From the NCBI GenBank assembly GCA_000004695.1, contig CM000151.3, positions 7,200,001-7,264,000 on the forward strand: 64,000 bases of DNA, written 5' to 3'. A program made the translations under genes and the position numbers. The first letter of the stretch is position 1. Each line of letters opens with the position of its first letter. Source of the stretch: Dictyostelium discoideum (Eukaryota). This document shows positions 12,209 through 24,772 of the stretch, in pieces. Under the pieces are notes generated by a model that had not been told where the DNA came from, ran no database searches, and saw only the letters and a list, made by a program, of their open reading frames with translations.

Positions 12209-13987
12209 TTACAAGTAATCACTTGGATGTGTATCTGGATGGAATTCTTTTTCAAAGCTTTCTATCATTGGTCTATTATTAAATTTAAAAAAAATAAAAA
12301 ATTAATTAATAAAACTTTTTTTCTTTTTTTTTCTTTAATTAAAAATATAAAAAAAAATAAAAAAAAAAATAAAAATTCTTAAACTTACATTGTTAAAGGT
12401 AAAGAATCTGAAGTTTTTAATAAAAGGTCAGGGTCAATTTGAGTCCCAAGCTTTTTCAAAAACTCTACAGCATCTTCAAATTCAAATTCGATAAGTTGTT
12501 TTTCATAAATTTTAAGTATTGCAAGTGACATTCTGTGAAGATAAAATCTACCTTCAATAAAGAAAACATCCAATAATCTCTTACTAATTGGTAAATCAAA
12601 ATTGTATGTAAATAATGTTGATATCCATTCTGATGCAAATAATACTGGTGTTACACCAATTTCTTTCTAAAAAAGTATTAATTAATAATTAGTATATATA
12701 TATATATTTTAAATAAAGTTTAAAGAAACTTACAAAATGTGAAAATAATTTTGGTAGTAATGTTTCAATTAATCTATCGATTACATAGAGATATTGTCTT
12801 AATAAACTAAGATCATGACAAAAGAGTGTTGATAATTTATAATTTTTCATAATACTTGTGAATGTCCAAAACGATTCCGTTTCATCCATTTCACTCAAGA
12901 GTACAGCGGCAATGAATGACATACCTTGAGTATAACCAATCTCTGGATCCATAATACTATATGCCTTCAAGATTCTAAATAATGAATTTTGACCTTGTTC
13001 ATTATTAAAGTATGGATTGTTTGGAAAGGTTCTACTTATATCTTTGGAGATTTTATATTCATACTCTTCAGAATGTTTACCTAAAAAATGTTGATATACA
13101 CCGATATTCTTTCTCTCCAATTCGATTGCACCAGAAAAGAATCTCCAAATATAACCTCTTATTCTCTTTGGTAAACCAATTCTAATTGATTTTAAAATTT
13201 CATTATTGATAATATTATCATGTGTATAGTTTTGAATTAATTGAAGCCATATATATTCTTTGGTTTTCATATGATTTAATTTCAATGGAAATCCATTCAC
13301 TTCTGATCGAATATCTGGTGCTTTAGAATTATAAAATGGTGATGATCTTGTTACTGCTCTAATTGTTGGTGAAATTTTTGTTATTGTATTTGATTCTTCA
13401 TTATTACTATTACTACTACTATTACTACTACTACTACTACTTATACTATCATTTAAACTATTATTATTATTATTATTATTTACAATTGTTTTATTTTCAA
13501 TATCTTTTTCTTCTTGATTGTTTATGATGGTTTGAGATGATGTTATGGATGGCGGATTTATAAATTCATTTATTTCTTTTACAATTGGTTCATACAAAGA
13601 TGATGAAACTGAGGAAGAGTCTGATGATATTGATTTTGGTGATTCAATATATGTTTTTATTGGTAAATTAGTTGAAGTAGAATTTGTTATGGTAGAGTTT
13701 GTTGTATCATTATTATTGCTATTTTTGTTATTACTATTATTATTATTATTATTATTATTATTATCATCTGTACCTAAAATATTGTTAATTGTACCACTAC
13801 TACTATTTCTAATGATTCCTTTTTGATGATTATCTTCAGAGATACAACAACTATTACCAACATCACCGCCACCACCACCACCACTCATATTGATTACATT
13901 ACCATCATCGCTACTACTAATATTATATTTTATATCAACAACTTTATCTTCTTGTATAGTTGGTTGATAATCAATCTTTGTATCCAT
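12209..13987 (-). CDS. TBC-domain Rab GTPase-activating protein; exons approx 12734..13987, 12389..12666, and probably a terminal micro-exon 12209..12272 (alternatively it stops at 12385)
   Basis: TBC signatures IRGYIWRFFSGA (Arg finger), ISKDISRTFPNNPYF (IxxDxxR) and YTQGMSFIAAVLL (YxQ). Across intron 1 (GTAAGT at 12733) it continues ...KEIGVTPVLFASEWISTLFTYNFDLPISKRLLDVFFIEGRF. The Asn/Ser-rich N-terminus is typical of Dictyostelium. Confidence 0.75.
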
Positions 13988-14155
13988 AATTTTATTATAT
14001 ACGTAAATTTCTTTTTTTATATTTATTTGTTTATTACTATTATTTTTATTTATTTGTATTAGTTTGTTTATTTATTAAATATTTATTTTTAGATATAAAA
14101 TCAAATAAAAATTTTTTTATTTATATTAAAAAAAAAAGAGTGAAATAAAAATTTT

Positions 14156-14193
<38 letters not shown>

Positions 14194-14916
14194 TATTAAA
14201 ATGAGTGGATGAATTATTATTAATTTGTGTGTAGAATATTCAGTTTTAATCTTTTGTATACTGTATTTATATAAATAATTATAAATTTATATTATTTTTT
14301 TATTTTTTTAAAAAAAAAAAAAATAATAAATTTTTTATTTTTTTTATATTTTTTTTTTTTATTTTATTTTTTTATTTTTTTTTTTTATTGTTTTATTTTT
14401 ATATTTTTTTTATCTTTTTTTTATTTTTTTTATTTTTTTTTTTAAAAAATTAAATAAATATCCAAATGAACTGATAAATAAAATAATTTGAGTTTAAATA
14501 CATACACAAAAATAAAAAAAAAATAAATAAAAAAATATATAAAAAAAAATAAAAACAAAATGAAAAGTGTGGGATAAAAAAAAAAAATTAAATGAGATTT
14601 TTTTTTTGATTTTTTAGCTCGATAAATTTTTAATGACGTATTTCGGCAAATTAACAATTTGAATTTTTTTTTGTTTTTTTTTTTAATTGTTTGTGATTGG
14701 TTTTATATCACAATAAAAACACAAACCCAAAAAAATAAAAAAAAAATAAAAAGTTTTTTTTTCCAAATTTAGTCTTTTTTTTTTTTTTTTTTTTCACAAG
14801 CCTTTTTTTAATATTCTAAAATTAATATGTAAAAAAATTTTAAAAAAGGTATTTCAGGTATTTTGGATTCAATGATTGCGAACCACCAAGTATTTTAATT
14901 TTTGTGATACAAATCT

Positions 14917-15084
14917 TTATAAATTTTTATCAGGAATTTTTTTTGTTTTGTATACTAATTCTTCGAATTTGTACACTCCACGATTTTTTCGATACTTTGC
15001 AGCATCTTCAATACTTGGTGGTCGCTTTCGATTTACTATTGAGAACTTTTTGTAAGACGATGAAAGATGATTTCTTTTGTGCAT
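14917..15084 (-). CDS. Possible small basic protein (55 aa), MHKRNHLSSSYKKFSIVNRKRPPSIEDAAKYRKNRGVYKFEELVYKTKKIPDKNL; hypothetical
   Basis: An island with higher GC than the surrounding ~90% AT intergenic DNA, with a clean ATG...TAA frame. It is below the size cut-off of the ORF track, and I recognise no homology. Confidence 0.25.
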   Translation of the reverse strand: MHKRNHLSSSYKKFSIVNRKRPPSIEDAAKYRKNRGVYKFEELVYKTKKIPDKNL

Positions 15085-15596
15085 TTCGTCCAAAACCTAA
15101 TACCTTTGTGCTTTTATATAATTTAAAAATACTTTTAATAGAACTAAAATTTTTAAAAAATTTATATTTAAGGGATATTTTTTTTTTTTTCGTCTAAAAA
15201 AAAAAAAAAAAAATTTTAAATTAATAAAAATATTGGAATTTAATTATTTTAATTTTATTTATTTTTTAATATGGATTTAGTGTAGATAAATAGAACACTC
15301 AAAAATACACAAAATAAATGTAACCATTCTATTTTTTTTTTTTTTGTAATCAAAAATTTTATTTTTAGAATTAATTAATTTAATTATTTACAATTCATTT
15401 TTTATCATTAATCCCCAATTAGTGTATATCTTTAAATTTGAGTCTATTTTAAAAATATAAAACAGTGTGAATAATCCAAAAAAAAAATAAAAAATAAAAA
15501 AATAAAAAAATCTAACAATTAAAAAAGGATGATTATGATCATTGATTTTTTTTTTTTACACGGAATAAATTTTTTTTATTTACAAATTTGGTTAAT

Positions 15597-15629
<33 letters not shown>

Positions 15630-15639
<10 letters not shown>

Positions 15640-16308
15640 GTACAGGTCTTCTTCTTTGGTTTTTTATTTAATTTATTTGGATAAATTACAGATCTAATAC
15701 ATTGATCAAAAACATTTTTAACACCTCTTTGAGTTAAAGCTGAAGCTTCTAAATAGATAGCATTAATTTCTTTTGCTTTTTCTAAACCTTTTTCATATGG
15801 TACTAATTCAATATTCCTTTCTTTTAATTTTTTAATTGAATCATTATCATTTCTAATATCTTGTTTTGTACCAACCAAAACTATTGGTACACCAGGAGCA
15901 TGATGATTAACTTCTTTAAACCATTTTGTTGAAACATTTTCAAATGATGATTGTGAAATAATTGAAAAACAAATTAAAAATACATCAGTTTGTGGATATG
16001 ATAATGGTCTTAAACGATCATACTCTTCTTGACCTGCAGTATCCCAAAGTCCAAGACTATATGGTTTACCATCCAACATCAAATTTGCACAATAATTATC
16101 AAAAACTGTTGGAAGATATTCTGATGGAAAACCATTTGTAGTATATGAAATTAACATACAAGTTTTACCAACTGCACCATCACCAACAACAACACATTTA
16201 ATATTTTGCCTAAAAAAAAAAAAGTTAAAAATTAAAAAAAAAAAATTTAAAAAATATTAATATTTGAATACATTAATTATTTAAAAAATATTATTTTTTT
16301 ACCTACAT
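15630..16308 (-). CDS. Rac/Rho-family small GTPase with CAAX box (CTIM). The start codon is split by an intron: exon 1 = 'AT' (approx 16307..16308), exon 2 = 15630..16209
   Basis: (M)[39 protein letters not shown]...[28 protein letters not shown]...VGTKQDIR...[14 protein letters not shown]...[11 protein letters not shown]. The P-loop and switch regions are very close to Rac1. The 97-nt intron is AAAAT|GTAGGT...TTTTTTTTTAG|GCAAAAT, restoring ATG CAA AAT ATT AAA. Confidence 0.85.
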
Positions 16309-16510
16309 TTTAATTTATTTTAATTTTAATTTAATTTAATATTTTAAATAAAATTATTTGATTTATATTTATTTATTTAATTTATTTGATCTCTTTATCA
16401 AAATAAAAAAAAAAAAAAAAATTATTTATACACCACCAAAATTATTTTTTTTTTTTTTTTTTGTCCAAAAATTTTCATCGAAAAAATATCTTTTAAAAAA
16501 TTTGTGTGAA

Positions 16511-16541
<31 letters not shown>

Positions 16542-16749
16542 TAAATTTTCCATTTTCTCTAAAAAAAAAATAAAATAAAAATAGAAATAAAAACATATAA
16601 AATAATTCATATAATATAAAATAGAGAATATATATATAAATTTTATTTTTATTTTTATATAAATTATTTTTAAAATTTTCCCCTATTATTTTTATCTTTA
16701 TTTTTATGTTTTTTTTTTTTTTTTTTTTACCAAAAATGAATATTTGAAT

Positions 16750-18371
16750 TTAATGACTTTGTGGAGATATTTTCTCACCAAAAGATTGTTCAATTGAAGC
16801 AGATAGTTGAGATTTACTACCAGTGGCAGTTTTTGGAATTGCACCATCTTCAAAATTAAAAAGTTCTTCAGAGACATCTCTACGACGATCGAAACCAGAA
16901 GAGAATGAGGATAATTTCTCACCACTATTATGTTGTTGAACTTGACGAGCATCCATTGGAACATAATTCATATTTCTACGACCCATATAGATTTGACGTG
17001 GTCTAAAGATACGAAGTTCTGGATCAGCCAATTCTTCAACCCAATGAGCCAACCAACCAGCAGCTCTTGGAATTGAGAATAACACTGGAAACATATCAGT
17101 TGGGAAACCCATACTCTTGTAAATGATACCAGAGTAGAAATCAACATTTGGATAGAGTTGTCTCTCTATGAAATAGCTGTCAGAGAGTGCCAATCTTTCC
17201 AATTCTGTTGCGATTTGCATCAATGGATTCTTACCCAATAGTGCAAAGATCTCCATTGTTACGGTTTTAAGTATTTTAGCACGTGGATCATATGATTTGT
17301 AAACACGATGTCCAAAACCCATTAAACGTTGTTTCTTTTGTTTAACTTGTTCAATAAACTTTGGAATATTTTCAATGGTTCCAATTGCCTCCAACATTCT
17401 TAACACTGCTTCATTGGCACCACCATGTAATGGACCATACAATGCACCTGCACTACCTGCACATGCTGTATATGGGTCAACCAATGTTGATGCAATTTGT
17501 CTCATTGTTGCTGTTGAACAATTTAATTCATGATCTGCGTGAATAATAAATAATTTATCTAATGCTCTTGTTAATACTGGATGTGGTTTATAATTTGATT
17601 CTGATAAACGATCTAACATATATAAAAAATTCTCTGTATATGATAATGTATTTGATGGATCATTATATGGTCTAATTAATTAATAATAATAATAATAAGT
17701 AATTTTGAATTTTTTTTTTTTTTTTTTTTAAAAAAACAATAAATTAATTTCTTTTTTTTTTTTACCTTCCAATTCTATGACGATATGCACATGCTGCAAT
17801 TGTTGGTAATTTACCAAGAATTCTAAAAATTTGTTTATTCATTAATTGTTTATTTTTATAAATATCTACACCTGCAAGTGCTGGATTTGCTTCTGGATAA
17901 AATGTTGACATTGCTGAAAGTGAACTAATTAACATACCCATTGGATGTGCATCATAACGGAATGATTTCATCATACTAATTAAATTTTCATGAATAAATG
18001 TATGATTCATAATTTTTGTATTCCATAAATTACTTTGTTCCTATTAAAAATATATGAAAAAAGTTAATATATATATATATAGTAATATATTACACAATTA
18101 TAATTAAATTCATACTTTTGATGGTAAATCACCATAAATTAATAAATAAGAAACTTCTAAAAATGAAGATTTCTCTGCTAATTGTTCAATTGGATAACCT
18201 CTATATTCTAAAATACCTCTATCACCATCAATGTATGTAATTTGTGATTTACAAACTGCTGTATTATAATAACCTGGGTCATAAATCCTATATTATTTAT
18301 ATTAAAATAAATAAAAAAATAAAAAAAAAAAGAACTCGAATTAATAAAAAATTACATTGTGATTATATTTC

Positions 18372-18404
<33 letters not shown>

Positions 18405-18586
18405 GATAATATTTACATTGTACCAAAATCTATTGATTGTTCTTTAATTGCACGGAAATCAATTGATTTAACAGTTTCATGATTGATTGGGATTTCATAG
18501 GATTTTCCAGTTCTATTATCAATAACTGTGAGTGTATTCTTTTTTTCTGTAGTTTTATTATTATCTTCTTGGGAATTTGAACTCAT
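16750..18586 (-). CDS. Citrate synthase of the bacterial GltA / type II family, with a ~65-aa C-terminal extension; 4 exons approx 18417..18586, 18116..18287, 17766..18040, 16750..17671
   Basis: [34 protein letters not shown]...|[36 protein letters not shown]...|...[17 protein letters not shown]...|...[18 protein letters not shown]...[12 protein letters not shown]...[16 protein letters not shown]...[11 protein letters not shown] aligns throughout with E. coli GltA. The donors are GTAAAT, GTATGA, GTAAAA. Exon 3 and 4 boundaries are anchored to ORF track 17762..18010 and 16750..17619. Confidence 0.85.
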
Positions 18587-18933
18587 TTTTAATTTATTTA
18601 TATAAATTGGTTATTTATTTATTTATTTGTTTTTAATTTGATTATTTATTATTTATCTCTATTATTTATTATTTATACTCTTTCACTATATTTCACGCTG
18701 AAAGTTTTTTTTTTTTTTTATATATCTTACAACAATACTTGATTTATAATTTTTATTTTTTTTTTTTTTTTTAATTTTATTTTTTTAAATTGAATTGTTA
18801 AAAAAAATTGAAATTTTAAAATTTTGCTTTTTTTTTTTTTTTTTTTTTTATTTTTTTTTATTTTTTTTTAATGTTTTCACAAAACAGTACTCACATGTCG
18901 TAATAAACCAGAGATAATCAGATCTTGTTAGCG

Positions 18934-18968
<35 letters not shown>

Positions 18969-19443
18969 CCAGATATTTTTTCAAAAAAAAAAAAAAAAAA
19001 GTTTAATTCACAGTTAAATAATAAAAAAAAAAAAAAAATCAAACACCATATTGTTTGCAACTTGTTAAACCTTGTCACCAAATTTCAAAGGATACCTTTT
19101 TTTAAACAATTTTGGATTTGATAATTTGTCAACAAAATAAAATAAAATAAAATAAAATAAAATAAAAAGAATATTATTTGATCATAACCACTTTTAAATT
19201 TATTTCTTTCTTTTAAAAACAAATAATAATAATTTGACCAAAATAAAAATGAAATTAAAATTTTAGTTTTTTGAAAACTAAAATTTGCATTCTTTCTAAA
19301 AAAAAAAAAAAAAAAAAAAAAAATATGTGTGATATCTTACCGTTTAAAAAAGATATCTTGTTCATTTTCAAAATTTAATTAAAAATAAATTTTTTTTTTT
19401 TATTTTTCAAGTGGTTTTTTTTTTTAAAACACTTTTTTTTTTT

Positions 19444-19474
<31 letters not shown>

Positions 19475-19496
19475 AAAATTATTTATTATAAAAAAA

Positions 19497-20402
19497 ATGG
19501 TACAACAACAACAACAACAACAACAAATAAAAAAAAATCAAGTTAAACCACCACTTTATTCAAATTTAATAGCAGGAGCAATTGCAGGAGTTATTGGTAG
19601 TTCAGTTGTATTTCCACTTGATTTTGTAAAGACAAGATTACAACAACAAAGGGTATCAATCGATGGTAGTAAACAATATAATGGTATAATTGATTGTTTT
19701 AAAAAGGTGATTAAAAATGAAGGTGGTGTTAGAGGATTATATAGAGGTCTAAGTAGTAATTTAATTGGTATTATACCAGAGAAAGCATTAAAGTTAGCAA
19801 TGAATGATTATTTTAGAACACGTTTTCAAGGTGACAGATCATATATTAAACTATGGGAAGAGGTTGCATCAGGTGGTCTCGCAGGTATGTGTCAAGTGGT
19901 AGCAACCAATCCAATGGAATTGGTGAAGATAAGAATGCAAGTGTCAGGTCTAAGTGGCAAGAAAGCATCATTAAAAGAAGTAGTTAGTGAATTGGGTATT
20001 AAAGGATTATACAAAGGTACTGCATCAACCTTATTAAGAGACGTACCATTCAGTATGATCTATTTCTCAATCTATGGTAGAATGAAACATAATCTCACCG
20101 ATCAAGAAACTGGTGAAATTGGGTTACCAAAAATACTCTTATGTGGTATTACAGCTGGTTCAATAGCTGCTTCAGTCAGTACACCATTCGATGTAATTAA
20201 AACTAGAATTCAAGTAAAACCTGGTCCAAATGATCCACACTATAAAGGTATAGCTGATTGTTTCCGTAAAACTATACAATCTGAAGGTCCAAAAGCTCTC
20301 TTTAAAGGTGTTTTACCAAGAGTTTGTATCATTTCACCATTGTTTGGTATAACTTTAGTAGTTTATGAAATTCAAAAATCATTTTATGCTTCAACTCATT
20401 AA
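19497..20402 (+). CDS. Mitochondrial substrate carrier family (SLC25) protein, single exon
   Basis: Three tandem repeats carrying the PLDFVKTRLQ / PMELVKIRMQ / PFDVIKTRIQ carrier signatures and six TM helices. The poly-Gln N-terminus is typical of Dictyostelium. Confidence 0.85.
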   Translation: MVQQQQQQQQIKKNQVKPPLYSNLIAGAIAGVIGSSVVFPLDFVKTRLQQQRVSIDGSKQYNGIIDCFKKVIKNEGGVRGLYRGLSSNLIGIIPEKALKLAMNDYFRTRFQGDRSYIKLWEEVASGGLAGMCQVVATNPMELVKIRMQVSGLSGKKASLKEVVSELGIKGLYKGTASTLLRDVPFSMIYFSIYGRMKHNLTDQETGEIGLPKILLCGITAGSIAASVSTPFDVIKTRIQVKPGPNDPHYKGIADCFRKTIQSEGPKALFKGVLPRVCIISPLFGITLVVYEIQKSFYASTH

Positions 20403-20480
20403 TTATTCAGTAAAAATAAAATAAATTAAAAATAATAATATTGATAAATATTTATTAAAGGTATTCTATTTATTTTATTT

Positions 20481-20646
20481 TTAATTATTATCATTTGATG
20501 ATAGTCTTTCAGATATAAAGTACATAACATCATTTGAAAACCAATATGATTTATGAGCATTTAAAACTGAACTATAATCAGAGAATGATGAAAATACACC
20601 AGTTTGTTTTAATTTGTAATCAAATCTATATCCACCAAAATATTTG

Positions 20647-20696
<50 letters not shown>

Positions 20697-22424
20697 GTTA
20701 TTATTATTATTGTTGTTATTATTATTATTATTATTAATATTATTTGATGGTGTTAAAGGTAATGGTTTATTTGGAGTATTTAATGATGATTTTTTAGAAT
20801 CTAATTGTTGACTATCAATATAAAGATTGTAGGATGATCTATCACTTTTTTCACTTCTTTCACTTGATTCATCATCAAATTCACTATCTGATGATGGAAA
20901 AGAAGAACCATTAAAACTTTGATTCCTTTTCATTGATGTTGAAGATGCACCATCAAATGATAACATTTCAGTTTCCTCAACTAATACGTTTACATTTGAT
21001 GATGGTGATGGTATTGGTTTTTGTGTTGTTAATTGTAATGCTGAATTATTTGGTATTATTTCATTATTATTATTATTATAATTATAATTATAATTATTAT
21101 ATGTTGATGTTGTATTATTTGTATTTGTAGTATTAGTAGTTATTGGTGTTGGTGTTGAATTTTTATTAATTACAGAATTAAGTTTACTTGTAAGTTTTGA
21201 AAGCATACTGGTAGTTGTACTACTTGTTGTTGTTGTTGTTGTATTATTAGTATTATTATTATAGTTATTATTAGTATTATTATTAGTACTAGTATTATTA
21301 TTATTTGAAAATGAAGAATTTGAAGATACATTTGCTGTTGTTGTTGTTGTTGTTGTTGCTGTAGTTAATTCAATTGAATTTTGAATTGATGGTGTTGATA
21401 CACTATTGTTATTATTATTATTATTATTATTATTTTGAAGTTTATTTACAAGTTTTGATTTTTTAAAATGAGGAGCTAAAGATTCACCAGCATCTTGAAA
21501 ACCTTCATCAATTAAAGGTTCTAATAATGCAGCAACAGGATCAGATGGATCATAAATATTATAAAGATTTGTACAACTTGGTATATCAATTGATTGATGA
21601 CCTCTAACTGTACAAAATAAACCAATTGGTGAACCAATACAATAAAGATTGAAAACATCAAATTCTAATTTTGGAAAATTAATTGATAATAAACTATTCT
21701 TTAATTCCTCTTCAACATCAATTTCATCAATATCTGATTCAGTTTCTTCATCACTACTATAATCATCTTTTAGCTTATGTTGTTGTTGTTGTTGTTGTTG
21801 TTGTTTTAATTTTTGTTTTTCTAATTTATTTAATTGTTTTTGTTTTTTATGATTATTTTGTTGTTGTTGTTGTAATTTTTGTTGTAATTTTTGTTCATCT
21901 TTAAATTTTCTCCAATAGTAGATATTACCTTTATCAATATGATTGGTGGAATCATATTGATAGTTGGAGGTGGTTGAATCAGTTGAAGAGTCAATCTTTG
22001 ATATTGAGGTTAATTGATGACAGAGTATGTCGTAACAAATCATTGAACCTAGTGAATGGGCTAGAATTGATACTTTACCTTTGAATGTCGGATTTGCAGC
22101 TAAGAAATCCCTATAGATTTGATTCAATTTATTACCAACTTCACTATAGATATGTTGACTAAATGTTGGACTTGTAAATAATAATATATCTAATAATGTA
22201 TGATTTATCAATTCACGTACAACTGGAATAGTGTTTGGTGTAACTTTCTTTATAAATGCATCTGTCTTTTTATGAACTCCTGAATGCCATTCAAGACCTA
22301 TGAATTTACAATTCTTATTTCTTTCTGTTATTTTTGTAACATTTTGATAAGTTTGATTAATTTTTATAATTTTTTCATTCCATTTTTCTTCATGCTTTTT
22401 TTTTTTATTAAAAAAAGATATTAT

Positions 22425-22480
<56 letters not shown>

Positions 22481-22693
22481 AGTTTTTAATGAAATAATTT
22501 TTATTAAATAAAATTATTATTATTATTATTATTATTATCATCATTATTAAATAAAAATAAATTAACTTACTTTACCAATACCATGAACTGTAATTATTAA
22601 ATGGTCAATTATTTTATTTTCATTATTATTATTGTTGTTATTGTTATTGTTACTTGGTAAATCACAATTATTTATACTTATATTATAATTCAT
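20481..22693 (-). CDS. DUF676-type putative serine esterase/lipase (FAM135/Rog1-like) with long poly-Asn/Thr/Gln inserts; 2 exons approx 22571..22693 and 20481..22394
   Basis: Exon 1 reads [41 protein letters not shown]|, with donor GTAAGT at 22570. After a 176-nt intron containing a long poly(A) tract it continues HEEKWNEKIIKI...KFIGLEWHSGVH...VSILAHSLGSMICYD (GxSxG nucleophile elbow). Frame anchored to ORF 20481..22211. Confidence 0.65.
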
Positions 22694-23373
22694 ATTTATT
22701 GAATATAGAGATATAAAATTTTATATAATATAATTTAAATAAATAATAAATAAATGAATAAAAAAAAAAAAAAAAAAATAATGTCAAAAAAAAAAAAAAA
22801 AAACAAAAAATATAAGGTGGGGGAAAATTTTTTTTTTGTTTTTTAAACTCGTTTTTTAAAAAAAATAGATATTTTTTATTTTTTAATTTAATAAAAAAAA
22901 AAAAAAAAAACAATTATTAGGTAATAAATTTTTTTTTTTTTTTTTTTTTTTTTTGATTTTTAATAAAAACAAATTTATGATCTATTTGATCTTTATTCTA
23001 AATTTAAATTTTTTTTTTTTTTTTTATTTTTATTGTAAATTTTCTTAATTTATATTTTTTTTCACAAGTCACAAATCTTAAACTCAAATTTTTCATCAGC
23101 ATTAATTATAAGATGGTGACTGTGGAAAAAATAAAAAATAAAAAAAAATAAAAAAAATAAAAAATAAAAAATAAAAAATAAAAAAAATAAAAATTAAAAA
23201 TTAAAAATTAAAAATAAACTTATTCTGAATAATATTATTTTTTAATTAAAATAATTTGTCTTCTCCGTTATTTTCGCCTAACGTCGGGTAATAAAGGGAC
23301 GCATTTTGAATTTTTTTTTTTTTTTTTTAATTAATTCCAACATATTTTTCTCAAAAAATAACTTTTAAGGTTT

Positions 23374-23404
<31 letters not shown>

Positions 23405-23775
23405 TTATAGTTACAATAATTTAAATAACTTGAATAGAATTCCAAAAATCGGATTCCTTACCTACTCCATATGAATTTGATAAGTTTTTGAAAAAAAAAA
23501 AATTCAAAAAGAGGTTCAAAAACTAATTTTTTGACAGTTTATTAACTAATTATTGTAATTTAATTTTTAATATAATTTGAATTCTTAGACATTTGATTTT
23601 TATTTTTATTTTTATTTTTATTTTTTTTTTTTTTAAAAAAATATTTAAATCCAGTTTTTTTTTTTTTTTTAAATATATCTTATCAAATTATAATATTACA
23701 ATTACAATTACAAAAAATAAAAAAAAATAAAAATAAAAAAATAATTTATAATAATAATTAAAAAATCAAATCAAA

Positions 23776-24492
23776 ATGAGAATAAACTTTAAATTAATTT
23801 TAATAATATTAACAAGTTTTTATGGAATTATTAATTGTCAAAGTACTTGTCCATATTCTAAAACCGTAATTAATGGAGCATCAGCAACTTTTTATTCAGC
23901 AATGGATAATGGAAATTGTGGATTTGGGAAATTAACAGGACCAACTGGACCTGGAAATTATATGATTGCAGCTCTCGGTACTAAACTATATCAAAATGGA
24001 GCTCAATGTGGCCAATGTTTTAAAATTAGTAATTCTAAAAATGCTTCTGTCACTGTAATGGCCACAGATTCATGTAACGATGCTGGATATTGTCAAAGGG
24101 ATAATCATTTTGATTTATCGCCTACCGCATTCTCAATATTAGGAGCACAATCTCAAGGTGTGTTGGATGGATTATCCTATGTTAAAGTACCATGTAGAGT
24201 TAGTGGTAATGTTAAAGTTATGTTAAAAGATGGAAGTAATGCTTACTGGACATCTTTCTTGGTTTTCAATAATGCTATTGATGTTAAACAAGTTTCAATA
24301 AAGTTAAGTGGAAGCTCCACTTATGTACCACTCACTCAAACAACTTATAACTATTGGCCATCAAGTATTACTGCTGGTTCTTTCCAAGTTAGAATTGAAT
24401 CAATTGGTGGTGAATTCATTTATGTAACTATACCAAGTGTTGTTAGTAGTAAAATTTATGATACTGGTAGCCAATTCTCTTCATCGTGTTAA
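23776..24492 (+). CDS. Expansin-like secreted protein (DPBB + CBM63 domains) with signal peptide; single exon
   Basis: MRINFKLILIILTSFYGIINC signal peptide, then GASATFYSAMDNGNCGFG...GAQCGQCFKI...TDSCN...HFDLSPTAFSILG and a C-terminal beta-sandwich with conserved W/Y. It belongs to the Dictyostelium expL family. Confidence 0.8.
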   Translation: MRINFKLILIILTSFYGIINCQSTCPYSKTVINGASATFYSAMDNGNCGFGKLTGPTGPGNYMIAALGTKLYQNGAQCGQCFKISNSKNASVTVMATDSCNDAGYCQRDNHFDLSPTAFSILGAQSQGVLDGLSYVKVPCRVSGNVKVMLKDGSNAYWTSFLVFNNAIDVKQVSIKLSGSSTYVPLTQTTYNYWPSSITAGSFQVRIESIGGEFIYVTIPSVVSSKIYDTGSQFSSSC

Positions 24493-24772
24493 ATAAAAAA
24501 AATGAAAAAAAAAAAAAAAAAAAAAAAAATAATAATAATAATAAATTTTAATTTAATAAATTAATATTTAATATTATTGAATTAAATAAAAAAAAAAAAA
24601 ATACAAAATTATAATAATAAATTTTATTAAATTAAAAATAGTAAAAAGTTGTTTATTTTGTGAGGTGTAAAGTTTTTAATTTTATTTTATTTTTTGGTTA
24701 AAACTGGAAATTTTATTATTATTAAAAATTAAAAAAAAAAATAATAAAAAAATAATAAAAGAAAATCAATTA

